Shown here: positions 12,154 to 26,250 of the stretch, piece after piece
Numbering within the stretch: the first letter of the stretch is position 1
Layout: each line of letters begins with the position of its first letter
NCBI GenBank assembly: GCA_026026165.1
Contig: JAPEUD010000007.1
Span: 248,001-312,000 of the forward strand
Direction of reading: 5' to 3'
DNA from: Sarea resinae
Lineage: Eukaryota
DNA length: 64,000 nucleotides
Notes under the pieces: model-generated
What the model was told of the DNA's origin: nothing
The model's database searches: none
The model's input: only the letters and a program-made list of their open reading frames with translations
Program-made: the position numbers and the translations under genes

Positions 12154-12815
12154 GCGATTCAACTCTATTTCATACCGGTGTTGACCGGGCGACCAGGATT
12201 ATCGACTGTAGCTGCTCTTATGTCTTATGCGTCTTCTTGTGTAGGAGCTTACATGCATCTCGGCAATTGCGTTGCATCATGAGGACCATCTAAGACTGCA
12301 TGAGAAGGCAAGATGGATGATGAAAGAATGCAGAATCAAAGATGAAGAAACGCGATATGAAAGTTTTGTTTGCTGGTGGCTCAAACCTGGTGATTGTACT
12401 TCGTACGCCTATCTGATCAGTTGTAGCAAGGTCAAGCAAATGACCAAAGCATTCCCACTAGACTCGTGCCATCTGATCAGCTAACAAAGACCTCCGTCTC
12501 TGGACTTTGCTCAAATATAGTGGCTATGAAGCCCTGGAGGATAGATAAGTAGTATGTGAGGTACGAAGTACTGAGGTGTCAGGATTTAACATGGTGATGC
12601 GCGCGTGCACGATAAACAGATGACGCACATCACTGTACTTTGTACCTGCGTCCCGTCTCTGCACCCCGTCACCTCGCGACTCATCTGGATGTCTTGCCAT
12701 CTTTCCCGTCATCTCTCCCATCATCATATCCAAATATTCTACGCGTTGATACGCCATGAGACTTCATCGATTATCATATTAGAAGGACTTTCCAGCCAGC
12801 ATTCACGAGCCCAAC

Positions 12816-14004
12816 ATGGCTCCGGCAGTCGAGATTTCCATACCCAATACCCAAACATCCTCTACCTCGAAACCCTACACTCTCTATAACATAACTCTTC
12901 GTCTACCCATCCGCTCTTTTATCGTCCGAAAACGCTACTCTGAATTCCTTAGCCTTCATGATGAGTTAGCAGCCCAAGTTGGTGCCCCCCCTCCGGAAGG
13001 ACTTCCCCAGAAAAGTTGGTTCTCGAGCACCATTTCCAATCCGGACTTGACCGAAAAGCGCCGGAAAGGCCTTGAAGCTTATCTCCGCGCTATCAACGAG
13101 TCGGAAGACGGCAGATGGAGGAATACCAGTGCTTGGCGAAGTTTCCTCAACCTTCCAAGTAATACTGCCAGTGCAACTTCGAGTTCCGCGGCGGGGTTGC
13201 ATGAAGCTCTCACAGCCCCGGGTGCTGGTGGAGGGCCGATCACCGACCCGACGGTGTGGATCGATAATCGTGACGAAATGAAAAAGGAGCTGCAACAAGC
13301 GCGTCTATATCTTTCGCAGCGAGACCAGGCGACAACGGCTCAAGGGCAGCACGAGAACTCCGCGAATGCGAAAAAGTGTCTGGTCAAAGCCGGGACGAAG
13401 ATTGCGGCGCTGGATGAGGGGCTCAAAAGGCTTACAGAGAACGACAGTGATTGGAGTATGGAGAAGCTTGGGAAGGGAGAATTGAGAAGGAGAAGGGATG
13501 TGCTGAGTTGGGCGCGGCAGGAGAAAGATGGTCTCGAGACAATCCTGAACTCTCTCGCTACGCAGAATCGAAGCAGTGGAATGGGTCAAGGTGCAGGAGC
13601 TAGTGGAGCGGCAGCTACGATACAAGATAAAGCAGGCCTGTTCTCTGGTGCGAGAACTTCGCAGCAGAGCGTGGGGGGGCGGAGGGTCTTGGGGGGACCA
13701 GCACAGGAGACGGATAGGACAAGGGAGCTAGACAACGTCGGTGTGCTACAACTCCGCCAGCAGCAAATGCAGGAGCAGGACATGGATGTAGCCGACTTGG
13801 GAAAGGTGGTTGCGAGGCTGAAGGCTATGGGAACCGATATCAACGATGAACTGGCCTTCCAAAACGCGTTACTGGACAGGAACGGAGAAGATGCTGATAG
13901 GTATGTCATCTTGTGTTATTGCATTAGCTGGTGGTTTCTAATTTATGCATAGGTTGGGAGGCAAGATTGATATTGCGAAGAAAAGAACGAGCAAGATTCG
14001 ATGA
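12816..14004 (+). CDS. VAM7: Vacuolar Qc-SNARE with N-terminal PX domain (Vam7-like)
   Basis: PX motif YTLYNITLRLPIRSFIVRKRYSEF...RRKGLEAYL; C-terminal SNARE motif EQDMDVADLGKVV...INDELAFQNALLD; no transmembrane anchor. One intron (13901-13952); the last exon encodes RLGGKIDIAKKRTSKIR*. Confidence 0.92.
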
Positions 14005-17000
14005 TCTTTTCTTGCTTTGGCTTTCGTTCATCACCAGGAGTTTAGAATGCCTGTCTGCTTCTTCTTCTTCCAACAAGCGTCGTTTGATATCCACCACTGA
14101 TTTTTTTTTTCTTTTGGCAATTTGGCGACTTGGCAGCGCTAGTAGTCTCGTATCAACTCAAATACGACGCAGAAAGATCTCCTTAGCCTATTGGTTTGAT
14201 GCTACCTACAATATCCTGTTACCCTGCTCACAATCCAGAGACTACCCATGCTTCGATGCCATGGCTGCATCTCCATAGACGAGTATTTCCTACCGAGAGT
14301 CTTGGTAATATCGCCACAGATATGTTTTCGGCAGGACTTTTGTAAAGGTCAGATAGCATTCAATACGCAGAGAAATATGGAGAAAAAGGCTTACATTGTA
14401 GCGTTCTAGTGCGGAATCTTTTTCATAGTGAAGAAGGCCTCCCAGAACTGCCGAGAGGTCTGCAATTGCTGTGATCTCTTCACGATGTTGGTTGACGCGC
14501 AAGTGGCTTCTTGGAGGATTATCACCGCGCCGACCCGTGTCTTGGAGAGCAAGGGTATGTGAAGCGACAGAATCAGCAAAGGTGTGCCGCTTTTTGAACG
14601 GATGCAGTCTTTCGGTAGCTATATCCGTTCTTCGGCAATCTCAACCTAGCTGGCCGGACTCTGGGCATCGATGTGTTTGTCGGCGTGCTCCATTTCGTTC
14701 AAGGGTCCAGAGTGCTCACTAAGCGATCATGTTGTCATGTACGTCGCGAGAGTCATGATTATCAATCACGTTGTGGAATCTGATGGATGCGAAAGATGTC
14801 CGAGTAAACGTCAGTTGCATGCTTCAGGCAAGTCTTACGAAAGTCCAGACGAGCTTGGTCTCGGGGTCTAGGCCAGAGATGATAGTGGGGGTTGAGGCCC
14901 TCCCAGACGGTCGGCATCGCGACAAGATGATAAGAGAGATAATCGTTGCTGAACCAGGCGGGTGTTGATCGCGGCAGAGAACAGGGGTGACGGGAAAGAG
15001 ATTCGGGAGGAGGCGAAGCCAAAAAGACTGGATGGACAGGAAGGTAAGCCTTGCGGTTGGCAGATCAGAACGAATTAGCCTTTATTTGCTGTTCCCTGCG
15101 TCCGTTCTAGAGACCATCCGCTCGTTAGACCCGTCTATTCACAGAAAGTCCTTCTGTGCCTCTCAAACTCCTTGCCATGACCAGATGTTACCTAATGGAT
15201 TTCATGCTCAGGCTCATCTTTTCGGTTTGGAAATGTTCTCTACTTGCATTTCCCTCTAGATGCGACTACTTCTTTGGACCCCGTTCGTACCTCATCAATT
15301 CATGACATCAAGGGGAAGATATCCGAACGTGTTGATATCATGCCGTGGCACCGTTTCAGCACCCTGTGCTCCGGATAAGCAATGTTCATGCAGCAAGATC
15401 GCAAGCATTCTTGCGTTGCCGATCCGACGTGTCCTCGTATCAGTCCTTGGCGGTGAGCGTGTGAAGACAAGCACGTCCTTGGTCCAGCCCGTTGAATGGT
15501 TCGGATATGTTGATTTGACGTCCCTGGGATCGCCAATTGACACGATGGCTGGCATAATGACATACATGCTGCGACCCACTAGAGCACACGAAAACGGGGA
15601 GAAAACGGGGACTGGGTCTCCACTTATACATGTCAGACTGCACGTTCTCGAGTTTTTACCAGGCTAGCTATAGAGAACCTTATCAGAGCCCTGGGGGCTC
15701 TTCACCGTAGTGGCCATTAGCAGTTTGGCCGCACCATCGTCTCCATCGCGATGCTTATCACGGCTGAGCAGTGAAGTGACCGGAGCCGGACACGCCTCCT
15801 GGTTGCCGCCGACGAGAGGTTCGATTCGGCATGGCATCCCATGGGTGTCTCGACGGCAGGCAGAATGGAATCGACGGCATCCATGGATGCAACTCCCGCT
15901 GTTAGGGTTCGATGGCATTCTGCAGGCGTGCACGTACACCCGACATGATGCAGTAGGCTCAACCTTGTTTTTTGCTTTTGGCAGAAGAAATCCCTCCCGG
16001 GCGAGGTGCACTGAGGTACGCCGAGTACGGTATGCACCTTCCCGTGACATCCATGGATCCATCGACGTTGGCCGGAGATGGATATCGAGAGAAAGCCAAA
16101 ACGGGCGAGGACCCACTCAGGCACACTCCGTCGCCGTGACTGCCTATTCCGTCTCCTTCTACATAAAGGATGGATTACTTCCGTACAGCGTACTTCCGTA
16201 CAGCCCTGGAGGGCAATGGCATTGGATGCCAATGACTGCTCTCGATGCTGTGGGAATCGGCATTCGAGACGGACAAGAGTCGAGTAAGGTACCTGACCTG
16301 TATCTTGACTGCCTGAGATGGCTGGCTCTATCATAGTACGCAGTACAGGTGTGCGCAGTAGAGTAAGGTATGCTATCCACGTCAATATCCTGCAGGTGGT
16401 TACCTTAGGTAAGCCATCATGCCGTCGCGGAGGAACATTAACCCCTAAACCATCGTCGTTGCCCACATAGTACCTACTGTACCTTACGCTGTAGAGTAGC
16501 TGTACCGGAGTCGGTAGCGCTCGCCTCCAGCTCAGAGTCCGTCGTAAAAATGCAAGGGCGCAGGGCTCAGGGGTCGGGCCGGTTCCCTCGAGCCAATGCA
16601 GCCTGGCAGGAATGTCTTTGTACTACTCGGGACTAGTATGTACGCGTGTCAGGCGTGCAGATCTACACTGCAAATGGCTTCGAATCTCTGTACTACTCCG
16701 TACTACTCGACTCGACTCTATTTTCAACTTCCTGCCTCGGAGAGATTGGCACAGGCCTAGCCTTCTTGGCGGATCTCTTGCCTTTCTGCAGTCAACGTCG
16801 AGAGTATGAGTGCTCATAGTAGCACTCCCACCGGGAAGTGGAGTGCGAAGTGCTCTGCTCAATCCATCTGCAGAGCCTCTCGAACCGGTTTGCTCCGAGC
16901 AATGCAATGACCGGTACGGTAATGCCTGTTGATGCATGGAGCACGATGGAGGGATACTGTACATGGAGCATGACATACTATGTACGAGTAGGTCATCGAA

Positions 17001-17757
17001 GAAATTCGGTAAGAAGCCGTCCTTGGGGAGGGGCTTGGGCAAAAGACGGTCCTTGGTGCACGGCACGCCGGCCCTCGAGTATGCTCCATCGAACATGCTC
17101 CCTCGAGGCCCCAATGCTCACATCTCATGGCTGCTCAGACCGCGGCTTTCAACAGTGGTCATTCAAGTGTCGATCCGCCAAGGCCCGGGCTCCTTTGTTG
17201 ATCACTTCCGGGACCACTGTTGTTGATGAGCATGGACGTGATCGACACGGCCGCAAAACCGAAGCTTCTGCAGATCCCACCCAGGAGCTGCCCAAGGAGG
17301 GTAGTAACTCGTTCTTGACATACTACCAGCCTCTCTCTGCTTGTTGAGCATGTCCATCTGCATTAATCCGATGATTGGATTTGTCAGTAACTCTGTGGTG
17401 CTAGCCAGCCATCAAATGAGAAGCCAAGCCGGCAATCATTGAAGATGCGGAGCGGGTCTCCTTTTTCTTATCACCGCCGATCATGTTTTGTTTTAGGCTT
17501 CATATCTTGCATCATCCTTTAGTGTCCGAGTTTGTATGAAAGTACAATGTCAGATGAACCCACACCTGGGTTTCACTTTTCACACATGTTCGACGCGTGC
17601 TCTTTGACATCTCCCATCTTTTCTCTGTACGGTAGCCATCGTCATGTCAAGCTTTCCATATTTCTAGGCATCGACTGCCCAACTTGCAGATCTTGACAGC
17701 TCGTCAAATCCCTTCTCTCCCACCAACAAGAAAGCTCGTTGAAGCTGCTCCGCCGAT

Positions 17758-19779
17758 ATGGCACGTCCCAGCCAACATCACGCCCAAGCGGCACTCACTG
17801 ATCAAACCAAAATCCTACCACTAAGAAAACTTCTCGTCGTCTTTGCCCCTCTTGCTGCCTCTCTCTTCATCTGCTATGCCGACCAGAACGGAATCACCAT
17901 CGCCCTACCCACCATCGCCCGCGCTCTACATGCCGAGGACACCATATCCTGGGCAGGAACTGCCTCCCTGATCGCCAACACCGTCTTCCAGATTCTCTAT
18001 GGACGACTCTCGGATATCTTCGGCCGCAAACATGTTTTCTGCTCGGCATTGGTTCTGTTGGCTCTCTCTGACATTCTGGTCGCGACCGCTCAGAGTTCGA
18101 CGGCACTGTATATTTTCCGAGGATTTGCTGGCATTGCCAATGGTGGGATCAATGCCTTGACCATGATGGTTGTCTCGGATGTTGTCACCCTGGAAGATAG
18201 GGGTAAATATCAAGGCATTCTAGGGTCTTGCATCGGTCTGGGAAATGTCATCGGACCGTTCCTTTCAGCAGCCTTCACCACCCGCGCAACATGGCGTGGG
18301 CTATTCTACTTCATTTCGCCTTTTGCACTGTGCTGTGGTGTGCTGGCGTTCTACTTGCTGCCGGATATTGTGCCCAGTGGCAATGCGCGGCAGAAGGCGA
18401 AGTTGATCGATGTCTGGGGCCTTTTGGCTTGTTCAATCGCCCTTATTTTCTTGCTTATCCCTATCTCGGGTGGTGGGGCTTACTTTACTTGGAGCTCGCC
18501 CATGGTTATTTCCATGCTAGCGATATCGGGGTGCGCGTTCGTTGCGTTCCTGTTCATTGAGTGGAAGGTTGCGAAGTTGCCGATGATGCCGAGTAAGTTT
18601 TCACACTCGGCCTCGCAGGAGAGCTTTTCGAAACGCTCTTGACCCATACTAATGGATGGCCAATAGTCGCCATGTTCGCAAACCCGGCCGTCGCGACCAT
18701 ATTGATCCAGAACTTCCTCTTCGGCATCGTCTACTACGGCGACCTCTACTACCTCCCGATTTACTACCAGAACGTGCGGGCCTTCTCGCTTTACGCCTCT
18801 GCCGGCCTCATAGTACCGCTCATGGCTACGCAGTCCGTGGTGAGTACGTTGAGTGGGCAGTATATCAGTCACACGAAACGCTATGGCGAGGTCTTATGGG
18901 CCGGTTTCATCTTCTATACTCTGTAGGTTCCCTATTAGTAACAAATTCTTGACTTGTGTTCCTTGTCATCCCATCCTCGACAGCTTCACTAATTAAGATG
19001 ACAGAGGCCAAGGACTTATGATCAACTTCAGCCCCTCAACCTCCCCAGTTGCCATCGTCTTCACCCTCATCACCACAGGCGTAGGCATGGGCTGTATCTT
19101 CCAGCCCTGCCTCGTCGCTCTCCAGGCTCATAGTCCCAAATCGCACCGCGCCGTCATCATCTCCAACCGCAACTTCTTCCGTTCCCTCGGTGGGGCCTGC
19201 GGCCTAGCAGTGTCGGCATTGATTCTGCAGTCGACGCTCCAGAAGAACCTGGATCCCGGTCTCAAAAGCAGGCTCAGTGGCGGCGGCGCCTACGCCAGGC
19301 CCGATGTGTCCGGCATGAGCCAAGCCGACAAAGACAACGTCGCTAGCGCGTACATGAGCGCTTCCCGCGCCGTCTTCATCTTCTTCGCGCCCTTGATCGG
19401 CGTCTGTCTCTTGACTACCGTCTTCATCCAGGACAAGGGACTGGAACGACCGCCGGAGCCGGAGATCAAAAAGGAGCCGGAGACCGAGGTCGAGCTTGGA
19501 GAGTCAGACAAGGAGAGCGAGGATGAGAAAGAGGTTCGCGAGAAGAGCGATGTCAGGATCACGGTCGGTGGCCAGGAACTGGAGGATGACGAGGCGTGTG
19601 CGGGAGGCATGAGTGGAGCTACTACGCTGGCGCCGCCGTCTCGGAGAGTGTCTGTGGATGCGGATGCCATTGAAGCGTTACCCAAGTCACCGGACGACTC
19701 CCTGGAGCCTGACACCGGCGAAACTAATGGTGAAGTGGTATCCTCGGCGTCGAGTACGCTGTCCGGGCGGACGCGGTAG
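17758..19779 (+). CDS. MFS drug:H+ antiporter, DHA2-like (about 14 TM helices)
   Basis: MFS motif A (GRLSDIFGRK), ERGKYQG-like EDRGKYQGILG, and RNFFRSLGGACGLA. Introns 18593-18666 and 18923-19004 join three hydrophobic ORFs in frame. Acidic low-complexity C-terminal tail. Confidence 0.92.
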
Positions 19780-19954
19780 TCTGTTTATGAACCATCTTTG
19801 GTCGCTCATTCATACCATGGCTATGTCTTTAATCGTCGATTTCGCTATCATCGAGATCACCAGAGAGTAGAAGAGGAGAAGAATGGAGAGAAAAGGGAAG
19901 CGAAGAGCAGCAACGACTTCAACCAAGACCTTTGGATTTTTATTTTTCTCTTGA

Positions 19955-21031
19955 CATCGACATCGACATCGACATCGACATCAACATCGCCAGCACCATG
20001 GTTCTTATCGTCACTGATCTTGGCTTAGACAAGCTCGACTCGCACATCTAGTTTCCTTTGTCTCTTTCTGTTGCCTACTTTGGATTGCCTGGCGCTCAAG
20101 CGATAGAATGCCGGCTGGATGGCTACAGAAACGGGCTCTCGTTCCGGTCTTCTTCTTCTTCTTCTTCTTCGAGGGGGTAAGCATTCGTTCAACAGCAGGT
20201 CTACCGTACCTAATTTCCTTTTCTTTTGGTCTTTGTTTTCTCTTTTTTGTTGATCGGGGGCATACCTAGATAGCCACCACGGATGGATGGACTGAGCTTA
20301 GCTGAGCCGAGCCGAGCCGAGCCGACACGCTGGACGGGATGCATGCGTTATGCCCACTTGGATTGCTGGAGAGCGGAGTGCTCTGAAGTGCTGTGGAGTC
20401 ATTCTTGCGTTTTGGATCGTGGATCATGGATCGTCAATCGCGCATCGTTAATCGCGCATCATGCGCGTTGTGGGATTGTCTACCTACATATATACCCTCG
20501 TTGATGTTTCCATTAGAACCGGCTCATTATTACAGTAATTCCTCTTTTCTTTTTTCTTTTTGTTTTTTGGTTGTTGATAGAGATGGATAGATATCTTTGA
20601 TTTATTATAATATACTAATACCACCACCACCGCCGCCCTACCTACCTACTTTGGGACGACTTTTTTGTCTGCCAGTAAGAAACTAAAATCAAATAAAAGC
20701 TGCCAGTTCAGACGCCCGTCGAGTCCTTTCTTTACCACGAGTGAGTGGACTGTGTAAGCTAGGTGGCTAGGTAGCGTTTTATTCGCGGGTTCGGGATTGC
20801 TGCCAAAACAAAAATCATGCATCAATGGGGTGGCTGGGTGGCTGGCTGGATGGGTGACTCTGGATAACATTGCCAACGCACTCTCGTTCTCCAAGGACGG
20901 ACCCCTAAGGTAAGGTATGAAAAACTGGCTGGACCGGCGAGCGCGCGCGGACCCTTCCCAGGAACCGTGGCACGATAATATCGACCGTTATTCTCCCTAT
21001 CCAGCTCTTCACTCTTCCCGCGTCTCCCCTC

Positions 21032-21067
<36 letters not shown>

Positions 21068-21108
21068 CCGCGGGAATAACTTAGGTATCAGACGGTCTCT
21101 CTCCTTCG

Positions 21109-21145
<37 letters not shown>

Positions 21146-21640
21146 CGGCGCCATCTCCCAGCTGGACCCAACCTCTCTCTCTCTCTGCCGCTACCCCCTC
21201 TACCTACCTAGGTCCTACCTACCTTAGGACCCTTTCTAACCGTTTCACTCGGCGCAGAGACGCCAGTACGACCGTCTGCGCGGCTGGGCTGGGCACGTCC
21301 GGAAGAGCCGAGACGGATTCGTCCTAGCTGCTGGCTGAGCTTGATCCGGTTTGCTTCGAGTCGCTGAGCGGTTTCAAGATTCTCTAGCTTGAAAGAAGAA
21401 GAAGAAGAAGAAGAAGAGACTGACTGCGCTGGGCATGGTCCAAGGAAGGATGTGAATATGGCATCCCTACCTACCTTAGGTAGGTCATCGAATTGGGGAT
21501 TTGCCAAGAGCATGGTTTTTGGCGACTACTCCTCCACAGACTACAGGTATATCATATGTATGCATTTCTTCACAGGGCGGGTGGTTTTGATCGATCCTCT
21601 GGGTTTGAAGACGACGGTTTTTTTTTTTTTTTTTTGTGGG
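19955..21640. repeat. Low-complexity and microsatellite-rich intergenic block
   Basis: (ACATCG)n at about 19954-19985, (CTT)n at about 20149-20170, (GAGCC)n at about 20304-20323, C34 at 21033-21066, (CAT)n at about 21110-21142, (GAA)n at about 21395-21416 and a poly-T run at about 21617-21635. Confidence 0.85.
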
Positions 21641-21740
21641 CGGAGGATTCGTTCAGCTCTCTATCGCTGAGTGAGCCGGCGTTTAGAGCTCGTCTGATTG
21701 ACTATATTGACAGGTCCCTTCCACCCTCTTTCGCACCCTC

Positions 21741-23500
21741 TCATTCTGAGGGCCTAACAGATTCACCGAGCGCTTTCCTTATGTCGGCTCTCTTATGTTT
21801 TTTTTTTCTCCCCGCGGCCTCTTCAGTCAGATGAAAGGCGACCTCTCCCTTCGACGTCATCCAGACTTTCTCGAACCACGGGTACTGGATCGACATGAAG
21901 CATTCCCCCGCACCGACAACTGGTCCTTCGCTCTTTGATTGATAGACCAATTTGAGATGTCTTTTGTCTTCAAATGTTCGTTCCCGCCAATGTCTGCCAG
22001 TTTCCATCGATTATGAGGGCCTTGATCCCGGTATGGCAGAGATGAATGTGTCGGACAACAAGCCAAAAGGGTAGCGCCCCCTTAAGGACTTGCTTGCAAT
22101 TCGTCTACATATTGTATTCCGACAAAATGCCTTTATTTCAAGGGCACGCCTGTTCCTCTGTTGTTCGCAGGATCCTAGCGGCTGCCGCGATCTCGTCCAG
22201 AAATGGCGTATTCGGCATGGGCAGTGGACCGCGGTAGCCGCTCCTCTCTCTTCCGCAAACGATGCTCCCTCGATTTCTCCTCAATCTCAACCTGTTTGGA
22301 TACCAGCTATCACGAGACGGATTCCCATGGGGCCTCGACATATTGTGGGCCCCTGAAGCTGTGAGGAGCGCTGTGCGCTATATAGGAGGCAAATAGGCAT
22401 AACCCAAACGAGCCGGGTTAGACTAATCTTTTTGGCACACACGTAGGAACAGGCTTGCCTATTTACTGTACCTTCCAGAAGCGTTCGAGGCGCGTTGCCA
22501 AAATAATCTCCGTATTGGCGTGGCAGTTGAACCGAAATTCCATGACGGTAGACAAGGCACACTCAGCAACACTTGGCAAAGGCCCTTACGGCCGTGGACC
22601 TCGTCCCACCAGGATTGCAGCATTACTCCATCTATCATGGTCCGCTTGATCGCATTCTTCGGAACTTTGGCGTACTGTACTATCCTTCCCTCTCCAATAG
22701 GTCCTCGCATTCTTTCTTGAGCTTCAAAATAGATTGCATTGTTCTTGGCGTGATGTCGCGCCTATTACGGGCCATGGTTCCGTATTCTATTCGTTCTCGG
22801 AGACCTTGGGCATTGAGTGGCCCGGAAGGAAATCGTGGAAGGAGCGGCTTGTAGTGAGTGGCATAGTGCTTGCCTGTCTCTATGTCTATAAAAGTCGGCC
22901 TATCCATGGACTGTGGCAAAAGGTGTGATTGGAGCCGTCCTAGTTAGGTCCTGCCATGCTGATGGCTGCCAAAAATCGAACGGCCTGCTGAATGATAAGT
23001 ATCTTGCCTCTTTTCAGCGTCTGGCTGTTTTGCTGGAGGAGTTGCTCACCTTACCTGTTTTCCGATGATGGTCTTGCTTTGAGGTGCCCGGGGAAAAACG
23101 TTGATGTTATTCTCGGAGGTTCCAAGTCCTTGAAGGGTTCCTTGGCTGGGAGATTTTTGAGAAATTGGGGGAAATATCGGTATCGACGATATATGAAGAT
23201 GATGAGGGAGTCTTCTTTTGATTTGCTCGGAGGGTCTAGCGTATCGAGCAAGCAACGCTTTGGTTCCGGAGACGAGGGGGCGCGTTGAAAGGTCTTGATG
23301 CCCTTCGAATCAGGAGAGGAAAAAGGAAAGGAAGAGGAGAAAGGTTCAACCTTGTTCTTTTGAATAAAGGTCAAGGATACTCTTGTTCCATCTCTCTTTG
23401 AGCAACCAACTTGGGACTCTTTCGAATACCAGATTCGCCCTTATTCTCGGGCTCCTCGGGATGAGGGGGCGCGGCATTCTTGAATTTGGGCAGACATGAA
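21741..23500 (-). pseudogene. Degenerate multi-fragment ORF relic of unknown family
   Basis: Protein-like minus-strand fragments in different frames (21741-22007, 22459-22710, 22680-22919, 23046-23255) with intron-like signals, broken by stops and frameshifts. No family recognised. Confidence 0.3.
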
Positions 23501-24440
23501 TGGTTGTCAACTTAAGGTAGGTAGGTTGCTGGATTGTATTGTTTTGACACTGGAGTCAAGCTTAGGGCGCGAGAGACACTCGTTCCTTCCTTTCGTAGTA
23601 GAGTTTGAAACTACTACGTAGTAGACCTTTTGATAGAGCCCCTGCCTAAAGGAGAGTAGTGAAGTAGCCGCCAAGGGTGTACAGACTATGTGGTCTCTTT
23701 TGAGTTTTATCTGCTATATAGGTAAGCAGCTGACTAGAAACTATTGTTTTTCCTTGCTTATCCTTGCTTGATCTGAATTTGCCAAGGTAGATAAGCCTAT
23801 TAGACTCTATACGCAGTAATTATAACGATTATTAGCGTGCATAGTCGATTGCTGTTAGAGAGCGTGCACTAGATTAGAACGGAAAAAGGCCTCTGAACCG
23901 CGCGAGTACTGTTACACGCATAGGTAAGTCAGACCCGCCAGCCAGGGAGATGAAGTACTGTAGGCACTGTATGCACTGTAAGCAGGAAGGCTAGTGTACA
24001 CTACTGTTCTGTTGAGTCATGTTTTATTCCAGCTCTTCTGACTCTGGGAGAGTTTGTGAGGTAGAGGTTGGGATTGGGTATGGATGTGAGGATGAACGTA
24101 AAGGCGGTAGGTAATAGTAACGACGACAATAACAGATATGAACAAAAGACGCCTCGACCTGGCCTGGCTCCGTGGGAAACAAAACAAAACAAGCAAGCAA
24201 CAAGCAATAGAACAAGGAACAGAACCCGCACGATCCCGCTACGCCTCCATGTCCCTTTCCCCTGCTGATTTCTTGCCATGCTTTCCTGGCTCTAGAGAGA
24301 GGCCATAGTCTACCGCCCAATCCACGGTCCACAGTCGGCGTCCAGACGCCTCGAGCTCGGCTTCCTTTCTTTCCTTCCCCATCCCCTCTCTATCTCACCA
24401 ACGTCCGTTCATTCGTTCATTCGCGCCCAAAATCAATCAA

Positions 24441-25523
24441 TCACTCGTCCTTGCTAAACACGTCATCACTATCATCGTCGTCATCACTAGCAGCACCCGG
24501 GCCCTCGGTCAAAGCCAAGCGTTTAGTCGATGGTTGCGACCGAGGCTTGGATGACGATGAAGAGAGGGAAGAAGAGCCGCCGGAAGCGATGAGGAGACCC
24601 TCGAGGATCTCGCGCCCGAATACGTAGATGATGTAGCCGGGGAAGAGCAGCCAGAGTCCGCTGTGCGGTTGGACTTGTTAGTGTTGTAGAAGAGGTGCGG
24701 AAGGAGAGGGTGGGAAGGGGGAAAGAGGAGAAGGCTAGAAAGGGAGAGGGAGGAAAGAGTAAAAGGGAGGGATTATGAGAGGGAAGCAGAGAAGAGAGAA
24801 TAGAAGATAAAAGGAGACAAACTTCGGGATGACCCAGACAAAAAAAAGAGTCAGCGGATCATTATGTCCGATATTCTCCCACCCGGAAAAATACTCGTTC
24901 AGCCCTGTCATCCAACCATCAGTTCCCCACAGCAACAAAAAGCAAGCAGATGGAAACGTACAGTACAATGCCGTCTTACTGACGGTCATCACAGCGGCCG
25001 AAAACCCCAACAAGACCGCTGCGCCCGCCTTCCCACCACTAATGCTCCTCCTCGCGCCCAACCACCCGATCCGACTCGGCGTCGGCGCGCCCCTCCCCTT
25101 TCCCGGCTCCGCTCGGCCCGCCGAGAACACCAGATACAGATACCAGGCATACATGGTCGTCTCGACGACATTGAGCGCGCTCTGCGCCGGCCCGAATCCG
25201 ACGTGGTTGCTGTACGCCGGCCAGCCGTACGTGTAATCGACGTTGGCGTAGAGCCCGTACGGCGCCCAGATCCGGTACAGTTTGCCGCCGTGCATGCTGT
25301 GCGGGCGCAGGAAGATGTAGAGCGCGTCCCACGTGACGGTGGGCACGGCGATGGCGAGCCACACGAGCGTCAGGTTCGAGGGCGTGTGCGTCCATGTTTT
25401 GGATGTGTTGCGGGAGCTGGTGCTGCGGCCGCCGGAAGAGGAAGACGTGGTGGTGGAGACGGCTTTGGAGGGCGAGAGCTGGGGCGGCGGGAAGTTCTTC
25501 GGGTGATTGCGCGTTGATACCAT
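24441..25523 (-). CDS. Conserved fungal membrane protein, EXPERA/EBP-like
   Basis: Motifs WDALYIFLRPHSM, WAPYGLYANVDYTYG, AQSALNVVE, TVSKTALYWLNEY and WVIPNGLWLLFP after removing introns 24905-24961 and 24661-24822. Stop TGA at 24441-24443. Confidence 0.8.
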
Positions 25524-25810
25524 CGTGATGGTGATGGCTTAGTTTGTAGGGATTTTTTGGTAATTCGAGCACGACGATGCCGGTCATGGAGTGTGAGTCG
25601 ATGGTGGCGCTGTTGCAGTCTTGATATGCGCAGGCGCGTCGCAAGTGCGTATTACTACGTAGCTTGGTATACCGTGGCTGCTTCTAGATAGATATGGTGT
25701 GAATGGCAAGGTCCAACAGCTGTCGTAAGCAGATTAGTGCGAAGTCGCAGCGATCTCTGTCAATTGCAAGCCGTTGAAGTCTTTCACACATATGGTGGAG
25801 TGGCACGACC

Positions 25811-25844
<34 letters not shown>

Positions 25845-26250
25845 TTATTGTTGTTCCTCGACATGGGCTTTTTATGCACGGTACAAAGTTACGTGTTGCA
25901 CAACCTTAGCGCACGCGCGAGCTTCCCGAACAGGGCCATCAGTCAATGATAGTCATGGATTCCGAACATCCATCCCAAAACCTCTCAAAGTGTCTCAGAG
26001 CGTCCCCAAGCTGTTCTGCACGTCCACCTTCTCGAAGAGCAGAGAGGATAGTATTTGTATTGGAGAGGAGACTATGTAAAACGAGAAGAGACTAAAACCC
26101 GCGGGCCAGCCCGACTTCTCTGTTATCATCCTGGTATCTCACCTGAGCTGCGCGCCGTTTCAACTCATCCTATATACGCCGGAAACACTCTGGAATAACG
26201 CATAGTCCACCCTGTAGGGACTATTGCCAACAGCGCTTTAGACTTGAATC

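Noticed and set aside
12310..12480. C/D box snoRNA (ATGATGA...CTGA)
   Set aside because: No convincing terminal stem or recognisable rRNA-antisense element; lies in the BIM1 3' region.
15810..15835. tRNA T-loop-like GGTTCGATTC
   Set aside because: Flanks do not form a T-stem or cloverleaf.
14290..17350. Overlapping ORFs of 70-249 aa between VAM7 and the MFS gene
   Set aside because: No motifs, no codon bias and no workable splice model; probably non-coding or highly decayed.
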